Below, piece by piece: positions 11,977 through 23,546 of a DNA stretch of 46,725 nucleotides. Within the stretch, counting starts at the first letter, position 1; each line of letters begins with the position of its first letter. The position numbers were made by a program, and so were the translations under genes. Source of the stretch: Octopus sinensis (lineage: Eukaryota); the NCBI RefSeq assembly GCF_006345805.1, contig NW_021834846.1:1-46725 (forward strand). The letters run 5' to 3'. The notes beneath the pieces were generated by a model that saw only the letters and a program-made list of their open reading frames with translations, was not told where the DNA came from and searched no databases.

Positions 11977-14172
11977 CTGAAATAAATGTTTCCACATTTT
12001 ACACTTCATAGTATAATTTCCCTATCTCTGTTAATGGTTTATATCTTATTATTGTAAGACATTCCTATCATCAATGGCCAACTGCTGACCACTATAGGTT
12101 TCGTCGACAGTTTTATACTTTCTACAGTGGTCTTATAAAATGGCTCAATGTTTAGGTCCATAACAAAATAGACTGATCTTCCTAAACTTCCTTTTTCTAT
12201 TAAGACAACCTTCTTGATCTATCAATGTTGCATTCATCTCATTTAATTATCACATGTTAACACCTTTTATTTCTTTTCTTTTTTTATAGCTGGGCTAAAC
12301 CTATGAGATAGCATTGTTCCCTCATCAGTAGACTTCACTAATCCAGTGTTAACCATGCTGGTCATAAATGCTCTTGACACAAACTCATGTCATACCACTT
12401 GAAGTAGGATCAACACACACCTGTTTTCTTTGTTTTAACCTTTAATTTTATCTATGCAACTCACAGTTCACCAGAATTTCATCTGATTCATAAAATATTT
12501 TGAGACTCCTTAATGAAACCGCTTTCATTCCAGGTGAGCAATGATTAGTTTTACAGAGGTGAAACAGAAAGTGATAACAAGGGTCCTAAAACACTGTATA
12601 CTTGCACAAAACACCTTTAAAAACATGCAAATGTTTATACACAGATTATTGCAAAAGAAAAATATTTGAAAAGGTACAAAAGAAGTGATATTCAAGAATA
12701 TATAAACAAGATGGTGATATAGATCAAACTTCAAGCACCAAATCTTGTTTTTGCCCAGAAGTTTTGACTTGGCAAATGCTTATTGCCCATCCTCGGTTTC
12801 TGCAATGACATCAATGCCTCTACTCTTATTAGACAATGTGGGATTGTAGCATCGTCCTCAAGTTAATGTTTTAACTTTTGGCATAGTTTCTCCTATTATT
12901 TTGAACCTTACCTGTTTCTGTTGACCTTTGACATATGTCAGACTGCATCAAGTATTTGCTTTAGACAGCATTCTAGACCGAGTAATTAGTCCATCCAGTC
13001 TATCCAGAACTAATTGTATAAACATTTGATCTCTTCTTCTTATTTTTATGTCATCCATAAATGCCTTCTTAAGTGATTTCCCTTGAGTAATTTCTTCTGA
13101 TAAATCTGCCGATCCCCATAAAAGCATCCCCATAACAAGCGCAAACCAAGTAACGGATATTGTGCAATCTGCAGTTGTTCTAGTTCCAATGTTGGGCACA
13201 CGAAAATCTTTTTCTAGTGCTTTTGCCACATTAAAATGTACTCAGGACCCTTTATAAAGTGGTTGGTGTTAAGAAAGGCATACTACCATAGGAAAGGTGG
13301 AATGTTTAAGGGAGATGTGTTTCTCAAGCAATCGAGGTGGACAGTAATTCTGAATAAGGACATGGATAGTGACCACCCAGCCAATTCGATGATGAAGACA
13401 CTATAATCGATTGCATTGTATCTTGCACCCAATCTTGAGGAGAGAGAAAGAGAGCAATTGTCTCAGCAGAAGACCAAAGTCTCCTACTGGGATAAACACA
13501 ACGTTTAGGGGATGTAATGATAGATTTAATATCAGTGAAAAAAAGAGAGTGTGTTCACACTTGTAACAATTTTCAACTTAGTCACCTTGTTAAAAATGAC
13601 CGACAACAACAACAACAATTAGGAAACTTATTAAAATGTACAACAAACAAGCTCTCTCATTATCTCATCTGTTTTTGCCTTTAAACGACAAATTGCTTTC
13701 CTTTATTCCAAAGACAATATGAAGTCTGTTGTGTTTTCTAATTTAGCCATTTTACCAACAGCGCCAACACTGCTGGTCATTTTATTAAATTTCAAATCAG
13801 TAATATCAATGGGCTTGTAGATGCATCCATAGTAAGAGAGAGAGAGAGAGAGAAATGACAATATGGCAACGAGATGATAGAAAGTGAGAATATTCCCCTT
13901 AAGGGGAGCGAACCGCTTCAGGTTTTATATTTTATCTCTTGTATTTTTCCTTATCGTATGAGATCTTTTTCCTGTGTCTCATGTTTCCCTATTTCTGTAA
14001 AATCCATTTATTGGATATTCCTGCATTTGTAGTAGAACAGAATTACTTTGTAGCTAACCATTCGAATGAAATATAGCAATAGAACCGCTTCTCAGTGATT
14101 CACACAAATTATGTAGTTCAGGTGGAGGTAAAATTTGTAGAAGTCAATTAGATACAGTTATTTTATACTCAC

Positions 14173-14223
14173 CAAGTGGCTGAGCCTCTGTCTGGGATGC
14201 CTTGTCTTCAACCTTTGGACGCA
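14173..14223 (-). CDS. ANK-RING-DD gene, 51-bp linker micro-exon
   Basis: gtttatttcag / GTGAGT, phase 1-1, open: RPKVEDKASQTEAQPL. Confidence 0.75.
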
Positions 14224-14366
14224 CTGAAATAAACATTTCCAAGTTTTATACTTCATAGTAAAATTTCTTTATCTTTATGAATAATTCTGTATTTTATTAT
14301 TGTGAGACATTCATGTAATCAATGGTCAACTGGTGAGTAATATGGCTTTGGTCAGCATTTTTACAC

Positions 14367-14477
14367 TCTCTACCATGGGACCATGTAATATACCCAATAT
14401 ATAGGTCTGACCTTCCTCAATCTCTACCATGGGACCATGTAATATACCCAATATATAGACTGACCTTCCTCAATCTC
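14367..14477. repeat. 54-bp tandem duplication within module copy 2
   Basis: TCTCTACCATGGGACCATGTAATATACCCAATATATAG(GT)CTGACCTTCCTCAA at 14367 and 14421. Confidence 0.9.
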
Positions 14478-16075
14478 CTCTCACTATTAAGACATCCTAC
14501 ATAATCTAACAACATTGCACTTATCTCATTTAATAATCCCTTGTTAACACTGCTAATCTCTTTCTTATATTTAATCTAATCTATGACATGATTGTCCTCT
14601 CATCTCTAGACTTCACTAATCAACATTCTTCTCGTTTTCTACTTAATTCCATGACAACCAAATTGGTCCTCAAAAATCGGACCACAAAACCATGACACAT
14701 CATTTCAGGTAGGATAAACATAACCACGCTCTCTTTTTTAAAGGTCACTGTTGGCAATCTTTAATTTTAACTGACCACATCACACTTCATCAGAATATCA
14801 TCTGATTAAGGAAATGTCAATCATCCTCCTTAATAAGCGACTTTTTTCAGGTGAACAATGATTAGTTCTACACAGGTGGAGAGGTAAGCGATAACAGGTA
14901 TCCTGAAACACTGTACATTTGTACAAAACCTCCTTAACAACAAAATCACTGTTCATGTACAACACATTATTACAAAGAGGTTATATCCAAATTGAGAATT
15001 AACAATTTATTCTGAAGAATATATAAACAAAATCGAACTGGAAACATGAAATTTTGCATTGTTTTTAGTAGTTTTGAATTATCAGTTGTTTTCTGTCCAT
15101 CTTCAGCTTTGCCATGGTCTCACTGCCCCACCATATATCAGTCAACAAGATAGCGTACCACCATATTTAACTTTTGGTTTGTCTTTAACTTTTGGCATGA
15201 GTTCTCCTGCCGTTCGTAACTTCCCTTGCTCTAGCTGACCTCTCACAAATTATAGACTGCATTACTTATTTGTTTGAAACCACATTCTTGACTAAGTACT
15301 TACTCTATCGAGTCTACTAACCAGAACTATTTGCATATCCTTTTAGTCTCTTGTTAGTATTGTTATGTCAGCCATGAATATCTTTCCGTTGAGCAATTTC
15401 TTCTGGACATTCTGTTAATCTAATTAGCAAAACTATAAAGATCACCAACCAACTGATATTGTGCAACCTACAGTTATTCCAGATCCAGAACCTGGCAGTC
15501 TTTTGTGAAGTTTTATCCTATGAAACACATTTTGAAACTGTTATAGCATCTCCTCATCAGATCCTTAATCTCCTCCCATTTATGAAAGAAATTCCTTGTT
15601 TCCATCAACAATGTGTGTAGTACAGAACAATAAGCATTAGCCAGATCAAGCCATACTACATCCGAATCCCTTTTATTCTTCTTTGCTTTTTATATGGTAT
15701 CCCAGATTTAAAATACATGTTCTACACACACAGACATTCTCCGGATTCTAGTCTTCTGGATATTTTCAGTCATATAACTATCCTTTCTTCTTTCAACCCG
15801 TCCGATGTCTCTTTGAATGTATTTGATTGTATTGTATCATACAGCCTCTATGAAGTTTGAAGAAAAGGAAAGAGACAACGGTTTTCTGAGCAGCAAACCA
15901 ACGTCTTCCACTTGAATAAAGACAATGTTTACTGGATGCAATGATAGATTTATTATCAGTGAAAAATATGAGGGTGGTCATATTTGGAACCCGTTTCATT
16001 GCAAGTCTGCCAGATTATGAGAGACATCAGGTAAAATAACAAGAATATCTTGTCAGTAAACATTTAAAAAATACA

Positions 16076-16460
16076 GGCGTAGGAGTGGCTGTGTGGTAAG
16101 TATCTTGCTTACGAATTAGATGGTTCTGGGTTCAGTCCCACTGTGTGGCACCTTGGGCAAGTGTCTTCTACTATAGCCTCGAGCCAACCAAAGCCCGTCG
16201 TATGCATGTTGTATGTATGTATGTATATATGTATGTATGTATATATGTATGTATGTGTGTATGTGTTTGTCCTCCCAACATTGCTTGACAACCGGTGCTG
16301 GTGTGTTTCCGTCCCCGTACCATAGCAGTTTGGCTAAAGAGACAGATGGAATAAGTACTAGGCTTACAAAGAATAAATCCTAGGGTCAATTTGGTCGACT
16401 AAAAAGGTGGGGCTCCAGCATGGTGACAGTCAAATGACTGAACCGAGTAAAAGAGTATAA
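16076..16460 (+). mobile_element. tRNA-derived SINE, family 1
   Basis: Head GGAGTGGCTGTGTGGTAAG...GGTTCAGTCCC (A- and B-box-like), internal (TATG)n, tail CCAGCATGG..CAGTCAAATGACTGAA. Homologous copies lie at 34.4, 36.6 and 37.2 kb. Confidence 0.85.
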
Positions 16461-16763
16461 AACAAACAAAACCTTTGTCATTACTTCACCTGTTAAACCA
16501 CAACATATATTATTTGACTGTTCCAAAAGAGAACCTGAAATCTATTTTGCTTCTAATTTATCCATTTCACCAACCGTGCTAACCTGATTGGATACTTTAT
16601 GAAATGTCAATAGTATCGATATGTTTAATATGATTAGTTTAATGCTAAAACTTCCCATTGACAGGTAAGAATGGAAGCTGATCTTTATCATTCTGATATC
16701 AAAATAGTTCAGCAGAGAATAAACCTTACAGAAATCAATCAAGTGCTGTTATTTTATACTCAC

Positions 16764-16814
16764 CAACAGGTTCAGCCAGTGTCTGCATTTCCTTGTCTTC
16801 AAATGTTCGATTCA
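16764..16814 (-). CDS. ANK-RING-DD gene, 51-bp linker micro-exon
   Basis: attcatttcag / GTGAGT, phase 1-1, open: NRTFEDKEMQTLAEPV. Confidence 0.75.
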
Positions 16815-18515
16815 CTGAAATGAATATTTCCAAGTTTCAAACATTTAAAAAAAATTTCTCTATCTTTATTAATAATCTATATTTTATATCAGGGATTCCT
16901 TTCATAGATAATCAACTGTTGAAGACAATGGTTTTGGTTAGAATGTTTATAGTTTGAACAGGATTACCATGTAATAGTTTAATATTTACACTGCCTTCCA
17001 AAATTTCCTTTATCTTTTGAGACATTCGACATAATCTAACAACTGTGTCATTATTTCATTTAATTATCACTTGATAACACCAATCTTTGATTAGGTTTGT
17101 CTTTCCTTTCTTATATCTGCACTAAACATATGACGTGAAATTGTGCCCTCACTTCTGCCCTTCTCTAACCAACATTATTCTCAGCTTTGCTTAATTCCAA
17201 TGGCAACCAGTCTGGTTATCCATGATCTAACCATTAACACATTGCACACACCACTTTAAGTTGTATAAACACTCAAACCTGATCTCCTTCTTAAACATTA
17301 CTGCATGTAATGATTAGTTTTCAACTTCCTGCATCGCTGTTCACCAGAATGTCAGCTGATGCATGAAATGCTTTAAAACACCTTAATAGAGCAGTGTTTA
17401 TAAAGGTGAGTGAAGATTACTTCTACACAGGTGGAACAGAAAATGATAACAGGTGTCCTCAAAGAGGATACACTTGCACAAACTTCACTCTACTACAGGT
17501 AACTCTTCATCCTTACATTATAGCAGTGAAAAGATCTGAAATGGTAGAATGGAAGTGATTCTGAAAACTCTAGGATATCTCTGACAACCTTCTTCTATAT
17601 ATCAACCAAACTTTCGTCTCTCCTTTGATGTCCCCTTAATCAATGCGGTGCCTCTGAATGGGCTGAGAACTCAGTTCAATCAAATCTGAGGGGACGAAAT
17701 GGACACCTCTGTAGAAATATTTACCTGACAGAAACCATCTTCCTGATGTCGTAGGTAACAACATTACAAGAAATATGAAACCCTGCTCACACCCCATTCC
17801 ACCATCACTGTTTTACCACATTTGTCACTAATGATCATTGACGTCAACTAATTGAAAATGTTTCTAAAATGTTTTATAAAATGCATCTAATTAGTGTCAA
17901 ATACGTATACAGAAATGTTCCACAACATAGTGTTTCCTATGAAATGAAGCAAAAACACAATACCATCAAAACATACTGAAACATAGGGACGATAATCACA
18001 GTTCGTATGGATGTGGTCATGTAACCAAGGAAAATTGTAAAACTACAGAGAGTAATAAGGTGTAGGATGTTACTCGAAGATGCTAAGTTCTGTGGAGGTT
18101 CTACAGTTTGAGAAATGATCTACCTATGATAAGAATATTCACAATATACAATATGATATTTAGAGGCCTCTGAAACTCGTTCTGAGTGTAAAAATCGCGT
18201 TTTTGACAATTTTCAACTTGCCAGTTCACCATGTGTCCTATTCAACAATGGATCGAAACTTATTCTCCAAGATTGTATACATCTACACTTTATTCGTTCA
18301 AAATCTCAAAGTCTCTTCTTAACTTCTTCATAGTTAATTTTATTTTTCCAATATGTGCTTTTTAACAAAATTGCACAGTTCTCTGACAGAAATTTTATCA
18401 CACAAGGTCAATAAAAGTGACAGGACCAGCAATAGAACCTAAAGACGGACGAAATGCAGTTAAGTACGTTAACGATTCTGCCAGGGGTCACCTTATCTAT
18501 TATTTAATAATATTA

Positions 18516-18700
18516 AAGCGGCGAACTAGCAGAATCGGTGGCGCGCCGAACAAAATGCCGAGTGGCGTTTCGTCCGTCTTCACGTTCTGAGTTTAAAATT
18601 CCACCGAGGTTGTCTTTGCCTTTCATTTTTTCAGGGTAAATAAAATAAGTACCAGTTTTGTACTGGCGTCGATATACTCGCCTCATTTCCTCCCCTGAAA
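18516..18700 (+). mobile_element. tRNA-derived SINE, family 2
   Basis: GCGGCGAACTAGCAGAATCG...GTTCTGAGTTTAAAATTCCACCGAGGT...AATAAGTACCAG, matching a mollusc SINE layout from memory. Confidence 0.7.
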
Positions 18701-18969
18701 ATGATAACACAATATCAACAAAAGGGCAGATATAAACCTATTTGGTAAAAGGATCTTATTTTACATATAAAAATTTATATTTTAAATCATATTATTTTCA
18801 TACTGAAATGCTTATGGTATTAAAGTAAAACTCCTAATTACAATTTGAGATGTTATTGATTTACAATTCATTGATTACATATTAACAGACAATTATCTAA
18901 TTAGATCATAATTATACGTTTTTGTATTTTTGATTGTAAAAATAACATATTGTAAAAATAACATATTTT

Positions 18970-20600
18970 CAGGACCTTAACTTTGAAATATCTTGCTCAG
19001 ATGCTGGCCTCTCCTCACCTAAAAGAGTGAAATTGTCATCAGCTGATATCTTCTTCGTTAGAAGATCAGATCTTGAAGAAGGGACGAAGCGGTGATGGGA
19101 TCGTGTGCCAACTAATTTCACTGAGCTGCTGAATCGTGAAAGTAAGTCGAAGCTGTTTTCATTTCGGATGACATCGGCTGCCGACATGTCAAAGAACATT
19201 ACCTCTGGAATGCTTGCACATGCTCAGCCATACCCTTGCACCTTTGAGTGAAATGTATTTCCGTGGCTGTTAGACTTGCTTTTCAGCATTTCTTCATTAC
19301 TACACTTCCTACACTTTCATCCACTGATTCCCTCATATGTCCTTTTTTTCCACATGACATGGCAAGAAAAACTACACTCGCTTCAAGTCCTTGATCATTC
19401 TGATGATGACAGAGATTTGTTTGGCGTCTCTAGTTCTTGTATTGGTCGGTTGCACCGACACTGAAGTACAGGAGATGGTTTATGAATGGAAGTTCTGTCT
19501 TTATATGCGATATCACCCTCGTAATAAAAGCATGCACTATGGTGCTGTCTTGTTTCAAACAGGAATTACAACCGTGTTCCGTGGTCTGCTACCGCAACTG
19601 CTCCTTTATAGGATCCAGTTAGCTCAAGACATCATTAGGAGGAACCACGTCCTGTTTCGGCCCCTACTCCTCTACCGTTTTGACGTGGCGCCCCCCCCTT
19701 TCGGAGGTGTCTTCAGCTCTGGTGTTGGGTGCATGTCTTTCTTCTTCTTCTTTCTTCTGTTCCCTGACCTCTTCGATGTATCGTCAGCGAGTGTCAGCCG
19801 GTGACTGACTGTCTTGTCAAATCTTACACCCCAAATACCTGCCGGCAGGCTCCAGCGGGCAGCCCCAGCAAGTTGTCACGTGACACTATCTCACTTTAAC
19901 TGACTAGTGAAGGCGCGTAGTTTTAGCCCGCGCTTTTTCTAAACGACCGTCGCCGGTCAGTCAGCTTGTCTCACCTAATGATGTTATTTCCCGTCGGCGT
20001 GTTTATGACTTTCAAGCCATTTTCGGTCTTCCCGCTTCAGCCATATATAGAAGCTGGCTGTTTCGACCGCTTCCTGTACTCTCCTTATTAGTTTACGCAG
20101 CTCGGGGCTAGAAAAAAACAAATCTTCTTTTGAAAAGCGTTGTCATTTTCTTTTCAATGTAGCCTCTAGCCCCCACTGCCAGGTGATAATATTCGATATT
20201 CCATCCCTGTTCTCTGCATTCTTCAATTAGCTTTTCATACCTCTTCTCCTATGACACAGATTGAAGTGCATTGTGGGTTTGAACCTGTCTGATAACAGAT
20301 CGCGAATGGATGAATATATTGGCCTGGGAGTTGTTCCAATGAAACCCTTGCACCGAATCCTTCACTACAAAACTATAATTTTCTGCCAAGTCTGACAATA
20401 CTGTTGCTTGATTTGATGTCAGATCATCTTTCTGATGAATAAGGAGACTAGTTTGAGTCTTTGCTATGAAATGGGGTTGATGCAGAGTATCAAACACATT
20501 TTCAGCGGTTTGAAGGAAATCATTCACTGGGGAAGTTAGGCACATCAGGGCTGCCCAGTCCACATAAATCCTCGTTACTAAATCCTCTGAGTCAAAATCA
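18970..20600 (-). mobile_element. Decayed DNA-transposon transposase (tentatively Sola2-like), split by an insertion at ~19571-20250
   Basis: Collinear motifs: HFIAKTQ...VLSDLAENYSFVVKDSVQGFHWNNSQA (20.3-20.5 kb), LKQDSTIVHAF...YFSVGATDQYKN*...NLCHH..D...FLAMSCGK (19.36-19.56 kb), VGTRSHHRFVP (19.1 kb). The superfamily name is from recall. Confidence 0.72.
19571..20250 (-). mobile_element. 3' fragment of an RLE-type (R2/HERO-like) non-LTR element plus a GC-rich downstream segment
   Basis: RRYEKLIEECREQGWNIEYYHLAVGARGYIEKKM...LRKLIRRVQEAVETASFYIWLKREDRKW is the typical RLE C-terminus. Confidence 0.72.
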
Positions 20601-20639
20601 CGTGATTAAAATATGTCCAACACTTCAGTCCACTCAGCT

Positions 20640-21108
20640 GGCGAAAATATGTAATTTTACAGCGAAATAAATCAAAATCAAAATCGATCAACATCAATGG
20701 AAATTGTAGCTGTGATACCAGTGCCGGTGGTACGTACAAGAACCATCCGAACGTGGCCGTTGCCAGCCTCACCTGGCCCCCCGTGCCGGTGGTACGTAAA
20801 AGAGCCATCTGGACGTGGCCGTTGCCAGTGCCGCCCGTCTGACCTCTGTGCCGATGGAACGTAAAAAAGCACGATCCGATCGTGGCCGTTTGCCAGCCTC
20901 GTCTGACACCTGTGCCGGTAGCACGTAAAAAGCACCCACTACACTCACGGAGTGGTTGGCGTTAGGAAGGGCATCCCGCCGTATAAGCTTCGCCAGATCA
21001 GACTGGGCCTGGTGCAGCCTTCTGGCTTCCCAGACCCCAGTTGAACCGTCCAACCCATGCTAGCAGGGAAAGTGGACGCTAAATAATGATGATGATGAAT
21101 GATGATGA
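20640..21108 (+). mobile_element. RTE-type LINE 3' UTR fragment with internal ~50-60 bp repeats and a (GAT)n tail
   Basis: Four GTGCCGGTGG(T/C)ACGTAAAA-type units, GGTTGGCGTTAGGAAGGGCATCC, then ATGATGATG. A homologous 3' end follows the RTE ORF at 32.0-32.45 kb. Confidence 0.75.
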
Positions 21109-21222
21109 CTAGCGTCCTGTTCATGGAAGAATATATAAGCCGGGGGAACCGGGAAGCCAACCCTATGCTTCATATGGAGTAATATGGTCTAACATAATTA
21201 GGTACAGTTATTTTCTACTCAC

Positions 21223-21273
21223 CAGGTGGTTCTGCCAACATCTGGACTTCCGGCTTTGACGACTTTGGACCCT
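21223..21273 (-). CDS. ANK-RING-DD gene, 51-bp linker micro-exon
   Basis: gtttatttcag / GTGAGT, phase 1-1, open: (E)GPKSSKPEVQMLAEPP. Confidence 0.75.
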
Positions 21274-21736
21274 CTGAAATAAACAATTTCATGTTTTAAA
21301 CACTGTAGAAAAAAAGTCTTTATCATTATTAATAATCGATGTTTTATTATTGTTAGACAATCCTATCATCATTGATCAACTGGTGACCATCATGCTTTTG
21401 GAGAGCATTTGTATAATTTCTACAGTATTACAATGTAATTATTCAAAATTTAGGTCCACAACAGCATAAACTACACTTAACAACCCTTCTCTGTCTCTTA
21501 AGGCATCCAACAATTTTAACAATTCTGAAATTATCTCGTTTAATTATCCCCTAATAACAACAGATTTTCTCTTAGTTTCGTTTTGGTTTTCTTATGTTTG
21601 TTCCAGATCTTTGACAAGACATCGTCATTTCACCTCCAGAGATCTCTAATCAATATTCGTCTCATCTTCTGCTAAATTCAAATGTCAACCAAGTTGCGCA
21701 TCGAAGATCCAACCCCAAGCACGAAACACCACTTCA

Positions 21737-21791
<55 letters not shown>

Positions 21792-22613
21792 ATATACCTG
21801 TTCTCTTTGTTATTGGTTACTACTATTAATCTTTAATTTTAATTACCCACATCACAGTTCTCCAGAATGTAATCAGATGTGGGGAAATATCTGAAGATAT
21901 TTCAACGTCATTCATCCTCCTGAATAAAGCAGGTCGAACAGAAAGTGACATCAGGTCTAACAGGAAGTGATATCTCGTGTCCTAAATTAACACACTACAT
22001 TCACACAAAACCTCATTAACGACATAAAACTTGTCGTCCACACATTATTGCTGTGAAAATATTTGAAACGGTTCAGAAGAACTGATACTCGGGAATACTA
22101 ATCTATACATCAATCAAAGTTTCCCCACCCTTTTGATGTCCCCTCTCTAATGTTGGCCCCTAAACCCTCAGTTGAGATTTTATTATTGAGTCTCCTATTT
22201 TATAAAGGCTCACTCTGATATTCATATAAATGCAGTTGTTTTTAATTATCAGCTTCCGAAGATATTGATAAATCATTAATCACTCTAATCACACACAAGA
22301 TGTCGGTGTTTACTGATAGAACCTTGGTGATTTATTGGTATTTAGTCACCATTTATAATTCAGTATTCTTTATTATTTTTATGTTGCAGAAAGTAACCAT
22401 CTTGAAGTGTGACAAAGTCTTCTAATTGGACAAGAACAATGTTTAGTGGGAGTAGTGAGAGACATAATATGACAGAGAAAAAGACACCTGGAACATCTTT
22501 TATCAAAAGTGTGCTTGATTAAGGCAGAACTGGATTTACACAACAACATGAAATACAATATTCCACACCATAAAGCCCATGAGACAAACAGACAGATCAT
22601 AGAGTATTCTTAC

Positions 22614-22756
22614 CCAAACTAATTTTGTTCGTTATATTCTGTCCACACTTGAGGCATTGTTTAGGTATCTTTTGGGGACAGCATTTCTTACACAGCGAAA
22701 GATGTTTACATGGAAAGAACGTCTCTGTGGCCACTTCGTCTTCACAAAACACACAT
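22614..22756 (-). CDS. ANK-RING-DD gene, RING-HC (C3HC4) exon
   Basis: gttcctcag / GTAAGA, phase 2-1. CVFC-x11-CKH-x3-CKKC-x8-CLKC (the extra Cys in CKKCC leaves the register slightly ambiguous). Confidence 0.9.
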
Positions 22757-23047
22757 CTGAGGAACAAAAACATGAACACATCCCATTAATAACATTCATT
22801 TATACAAATTTACATTGTGTGCATATTTACAGTAGAGAATATTATGCGAGACCACAATTAACAATTACATATGGGCGAATTTGTGAGTATATAAATGCAG
22901 ACACAGACACACAGACACAGACACAGATACACATATATATATATATAAATGGACACAAATATTAATAAGTATATGTCATGACATTGATACATCACAAAAA
23001 CTGATTTACGCAAAGTGAACAACATATATTCCAGAAATATAATTCAC

Positions 23048-23048
23048 T

Positions 23049-23101
<53 letters not shown>

Positions 23102-23321
23102 CCGAGTCAGTCGCCATGATAGATTGTTAGCCGCTACACACATTTTTTACTCTCCTTGTTTTTTTTTCCGTGTCCCTTTCTGTAGAAGAGCGAAGGCTCG
23201 AAATGTAAAAGACTTTTTCTATTCCTTCAACACCACCTGTCATCGTCTTTTGTTTTTTTCGTAAACTCTCCCTATATATATAATATATATATGTATGTAT
23301 ATATATATGTATGTGTGTGTG

Positions 23322-23353
<32 letters not shown>

Positions 23354-23363
23354 CGTATGATAT

Positions 23364-23418
<55 letters not shown>

Positions 23419-23443
23419 ATATATATATAATATACTACATATA

Positions 23444-23485
<42 letters not shown>

Positions 23486-23504
23486 ATACGCACACACACA
23501 CTAC

Positions 23505-23543
<39 letters not shown>
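23048..23543. repeat. Compound (TA)n/(TG)n microsatellites; similar tracts at ~21739-21796, 32640-32919, 33510-33850, 34580-34670, 37850-38175
   Basis: Visible directly in the sequence. Confidence 0.95.

Positions 23544-23546
<3 letters not shown>

Larger units (their letters stand above)
11500..22150. repeat. Four diverged copies of an intron-exon module (spacing ~2.3 kb, ~2.6 kb including a SINE, ~4.5 kb including TE insertions)
   Basis: Shared flanks around the exons at 11905, 14173, 16764 and 21223, e.g. TTATACTCACC, GAAATAAA(C/T)(A/G)TTTCC, ATTATTGT(A/G)AGACATTC, TTTAATTAT, CAGTTCACCAGAAT, AAGTGATAACA(A/G)G. Confidence 0.9.

Noticed and set aside
12948-13229. 93-aa minus-strand ORF with a hydrophobic stretch, homologous to 15260-15560
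   Set aside because: The paralogous copy has stops and frameshifts, there are no convincing splice signals and no recognisable domain. It is best explained as duplicated intron.
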